From: Nemertoderma westbladi
Lineage: Eukaryota; Animalia; Xenacoelomorpha
NCBI GenBank assembly: GCA_032718475.1
Contig: JAUCBJ010006756.1
Span: 1-64,000 of the forward strand
Reading direction: 5' to 3'
Length of the DNA: 64,000 bases
A model generated the notes under the pieces. It was not told where the DNA came from, did no database searches, and worked only from the letters and a program-made list of their open reading frames with translations. Made by a program: the position numbers and the translations under genes. Shown one piece after another: positions 61,301 to 64,000 of the stretch (its first letter is position 1; the number at the start of each line of letters is the position of its first letter).

Positions 61301-64000
61301 ATTCATGATGGATCCGTCCAATAGAATCCGTTCATCATCCATGATTTATCCGTCCATTATCCATGATGGATCCGTCCAACATTCATGATGGATCCGTCCA
61401 ATAGAATCCGTTCATCATCCATGATTTATCCGCCCAACATCCATGATGGATCCGCCCAACATCCATGATGGATCCGTCCAATAGAATCCGTTCATCATCC
61501 ATGATTTATCCGTCCATTATCCATGATGGATCCGCCCAACATCCATGATGGATCCGTCCATTATCCATGATGGATCCGTCCATTATCCATGATGGATCCG
61601 TCCAACATCCATGATGGATCCGTCCAATATCCATGATGGATCCGTCCATTATCCATGATGGATCCGTCCAACATCCATGATGGATCCGTCCATTATCCAT
61701 GATGGATCCGTCCAATAGAATCCGTTCATCATCCATGATTTATCCGCCCAACATCCATGATGGATCCGCCCAACATCCATGATGGATCCGTCCAATAGAA
61801 TCCGTTCATCATCCATGATTTATCCGTCCATTATCCATGATGGATCCGCCCAACATCCATGATGGATCCGTCCAACATCCATGATGGATCCGTCCAATAG
61901 AATCCGTTCATCATCCATGATTTATCCGTCCATTATCCATGATGGATCCGCCCAACATCCATGATGGATCCGTCCAATATCCATGATGGATCCGTCCAAC
62001 ATCCATGATGGATCCGTCCAATATCCATGATGGATCCGTCCATTATCCATGATGGATCCGTCCAACATCCATGATGGATCCGTCCAATATCCATGATGGA
62101 TCCGTCCAACATCCATGATGGATCCGTCCAATAGAATCCGTTCATCATCCATGATTTATCCGTCCATTATCCATGATGGATCCGTCCAATATCCATGATG
62201 GATCCGTCCAACATCCATGATGGATCCGTCCAACATTCATGATGGATCCGTCCAACATCCATGATGGATCCGTCCAATAGAATCCGTTCATCATCCATGA
62301 TTTATCCGTCCATTATCCATGATGGATCCGTCCAACATTCATGATGGATCCGCCCAACATCCATGATGGATCCGTCCAACATTCATGATGGATCCGTCCA
62401 ACATCCATGATGGATCCGTCCAATAGAATCCGTTCATCATCCATGATTTATCCGTCCATTATCCATGATGGATCCGTCCATTATCCATGATGGATCCGTC
62501 CAACATTCATGATGGATCCGTCCAATATCCATGATGGATCCGTCCAATAGAATCCGTTCATCATCCATGATTTATCCGTCCATTATCCATGATGGATCCG
62601 TCCAATATCCATGATGGATCCGTCCATTATCCATGATGGATCCGCCCAACATCCATGATGGATCCGTCCAATAGAATCCGTTCATCATCCATGATTTATC
62701 CGTCCATTATCCATGATGGATCCGTCCAATATCCATGATGGATCCGTCCAATAGAATCCGTTCATCATCCATGATTTATCCGTCCATTATCCATGATGGA
62801 TCCGCCCAACATCCATGATGGATCCGCCCAACATCCATGATGGATCCGTCCATTATCCATGATGGATCCGCCCAACATCCATGATGGATCCGCCCAACAT
62901 TCATGATGGATCCGTCCATTATCCATGATGGATCCGCCCAACATCCATGATGGATCCGCCCAACATCCATGATGGATCCGCCCAACATCCATGATGGATC
63001 CGTCCAATAGAATCCGTTCATCATCCATGATTTATCCGTCCATTATCCATGATGGATCCGCCCAACATTCATGATGGATCCGCCCAACATTCATGATGGA
63101 TCCGCCCAACATCCATGATGGATCCGTCCAATATCCATGATGGATCCGCCCAACATCCATGATGGATCCGCCCAACATCCATGATGGATCCGTCCAACAT
63201 CCATGATGGATCCGTCCATTATCCATGATGGATCCGCCCAACATTCATGATGGATCCGTCCAATAGAATCCGTTCATCATCCATGATTTATCCGTCCATT
63301 ATCCATGATGGATCCGCCCAACATTCATGATGGATCCGCCCAACATTCATGATGGATCCGCCCAACATCCATGATGGATCCGTCCATTATCCATGATGGA
63401 TCCGCCCAACATCCATGATGGATCCGTCCAATAGAATCCGTTCATCATCCATGATTTATCCGTCCATTATCCATGATGGATCCGCCCAACATTCATGATG
63501 GATCCGCCCAACATTCATGATGGATCCGCCCAACATCCATGATGGATCCGTCCAATATCCATGATGGATCCGCCCAACATTCATGATGGATCCGCCCAAC
63601 ATCCATGATGGATCCGCCCAACATCCATGATGGATCCGCCCAACATCCATGATGGATCCGCCCAACATCCATGATGGATCCGCCCAACATCCATGATGGA
63701 TCCGCCCAACATCCATGATGGATCCGTCCAATAGAATCCGTTCATCATCCATGATTTATCCGTCCATTATCCATGATGGATCCGCCCAACATCCATGATG
63801 GATCCGCCCAACATTCATGATGGATCCGCCCAACATCCATGATGGATCCGTCCATTATCCATGATGGATCCGCCCAACATTCATGATGGATCCGTCCAAC
63901 ATCCATGATGGATCCGTCCATTATCCATGATGGATCCGCCCAACATCCATGATGGATCCGTCCATTATCCATGATGGATCCGCCCAACATTCATGATGGA
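53965..64000. repeat. 22-bp satellite ATCCATGATGGATCCGYCCAWY running off the window end (interrupted at ~55946-56325)
   Basis: Hundreds of monomers with a few recurring variants and a recurring 14-bp truncated unit. Confidence 0.97.

Noticed and set aside
53965-64000. CRISPR-like array or repeat-protein ORFs (MLGGSIMDVGRIHHG...)
   Set aside because: No unique spacers or cas genes and a eukaryotic TE context; the ORFs are translations of a 22-bp satellite

Overview
AT-rich, gene-free eukaryotic (probably invertebrate animal) repeat landscape; no host gene, RNA gene or CRISPR array could be supported. The background (1-4610 and 40628-53599) is a head-to-tail array of non-autonomous Helentron/DINE-1-like (HINE) rolling-circle elements of two subfamilies with different matched sub-terminal inverted repeats. 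One copy hosts a three-level nest of minus-strand BEL/Pao LTR retrotransposons, each with both LTRs and a 5-bp TSD: A (4611-40627, CTTTG) contains B (11856-28591, GGAAG), which contains C (16235-22879, ACGAA). A 2.7-kb CMC/EnSpm-like element sits in A's 3' LTR and a 1.55-kb piggyBac-like TTAA element sits in another HINE. The window ends in ~10 kb of a 22-bp satellite. Most notable: A and B have no tRNA-type primer-binding site; instead the 12-13 nt next to the 5' LTR are perfectly complementary to a segment inside their own LTR and are duplicated nearby, suggesting tRNA-independent (self-)priming in BEL/Pao elements, while C keeps a normal TGG PBS. A also carries a degraded non-env accessory ORF preceded by a duplicated, apparently structured RNA motif. 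All coordinates were read by eye and may be off by a few bases.
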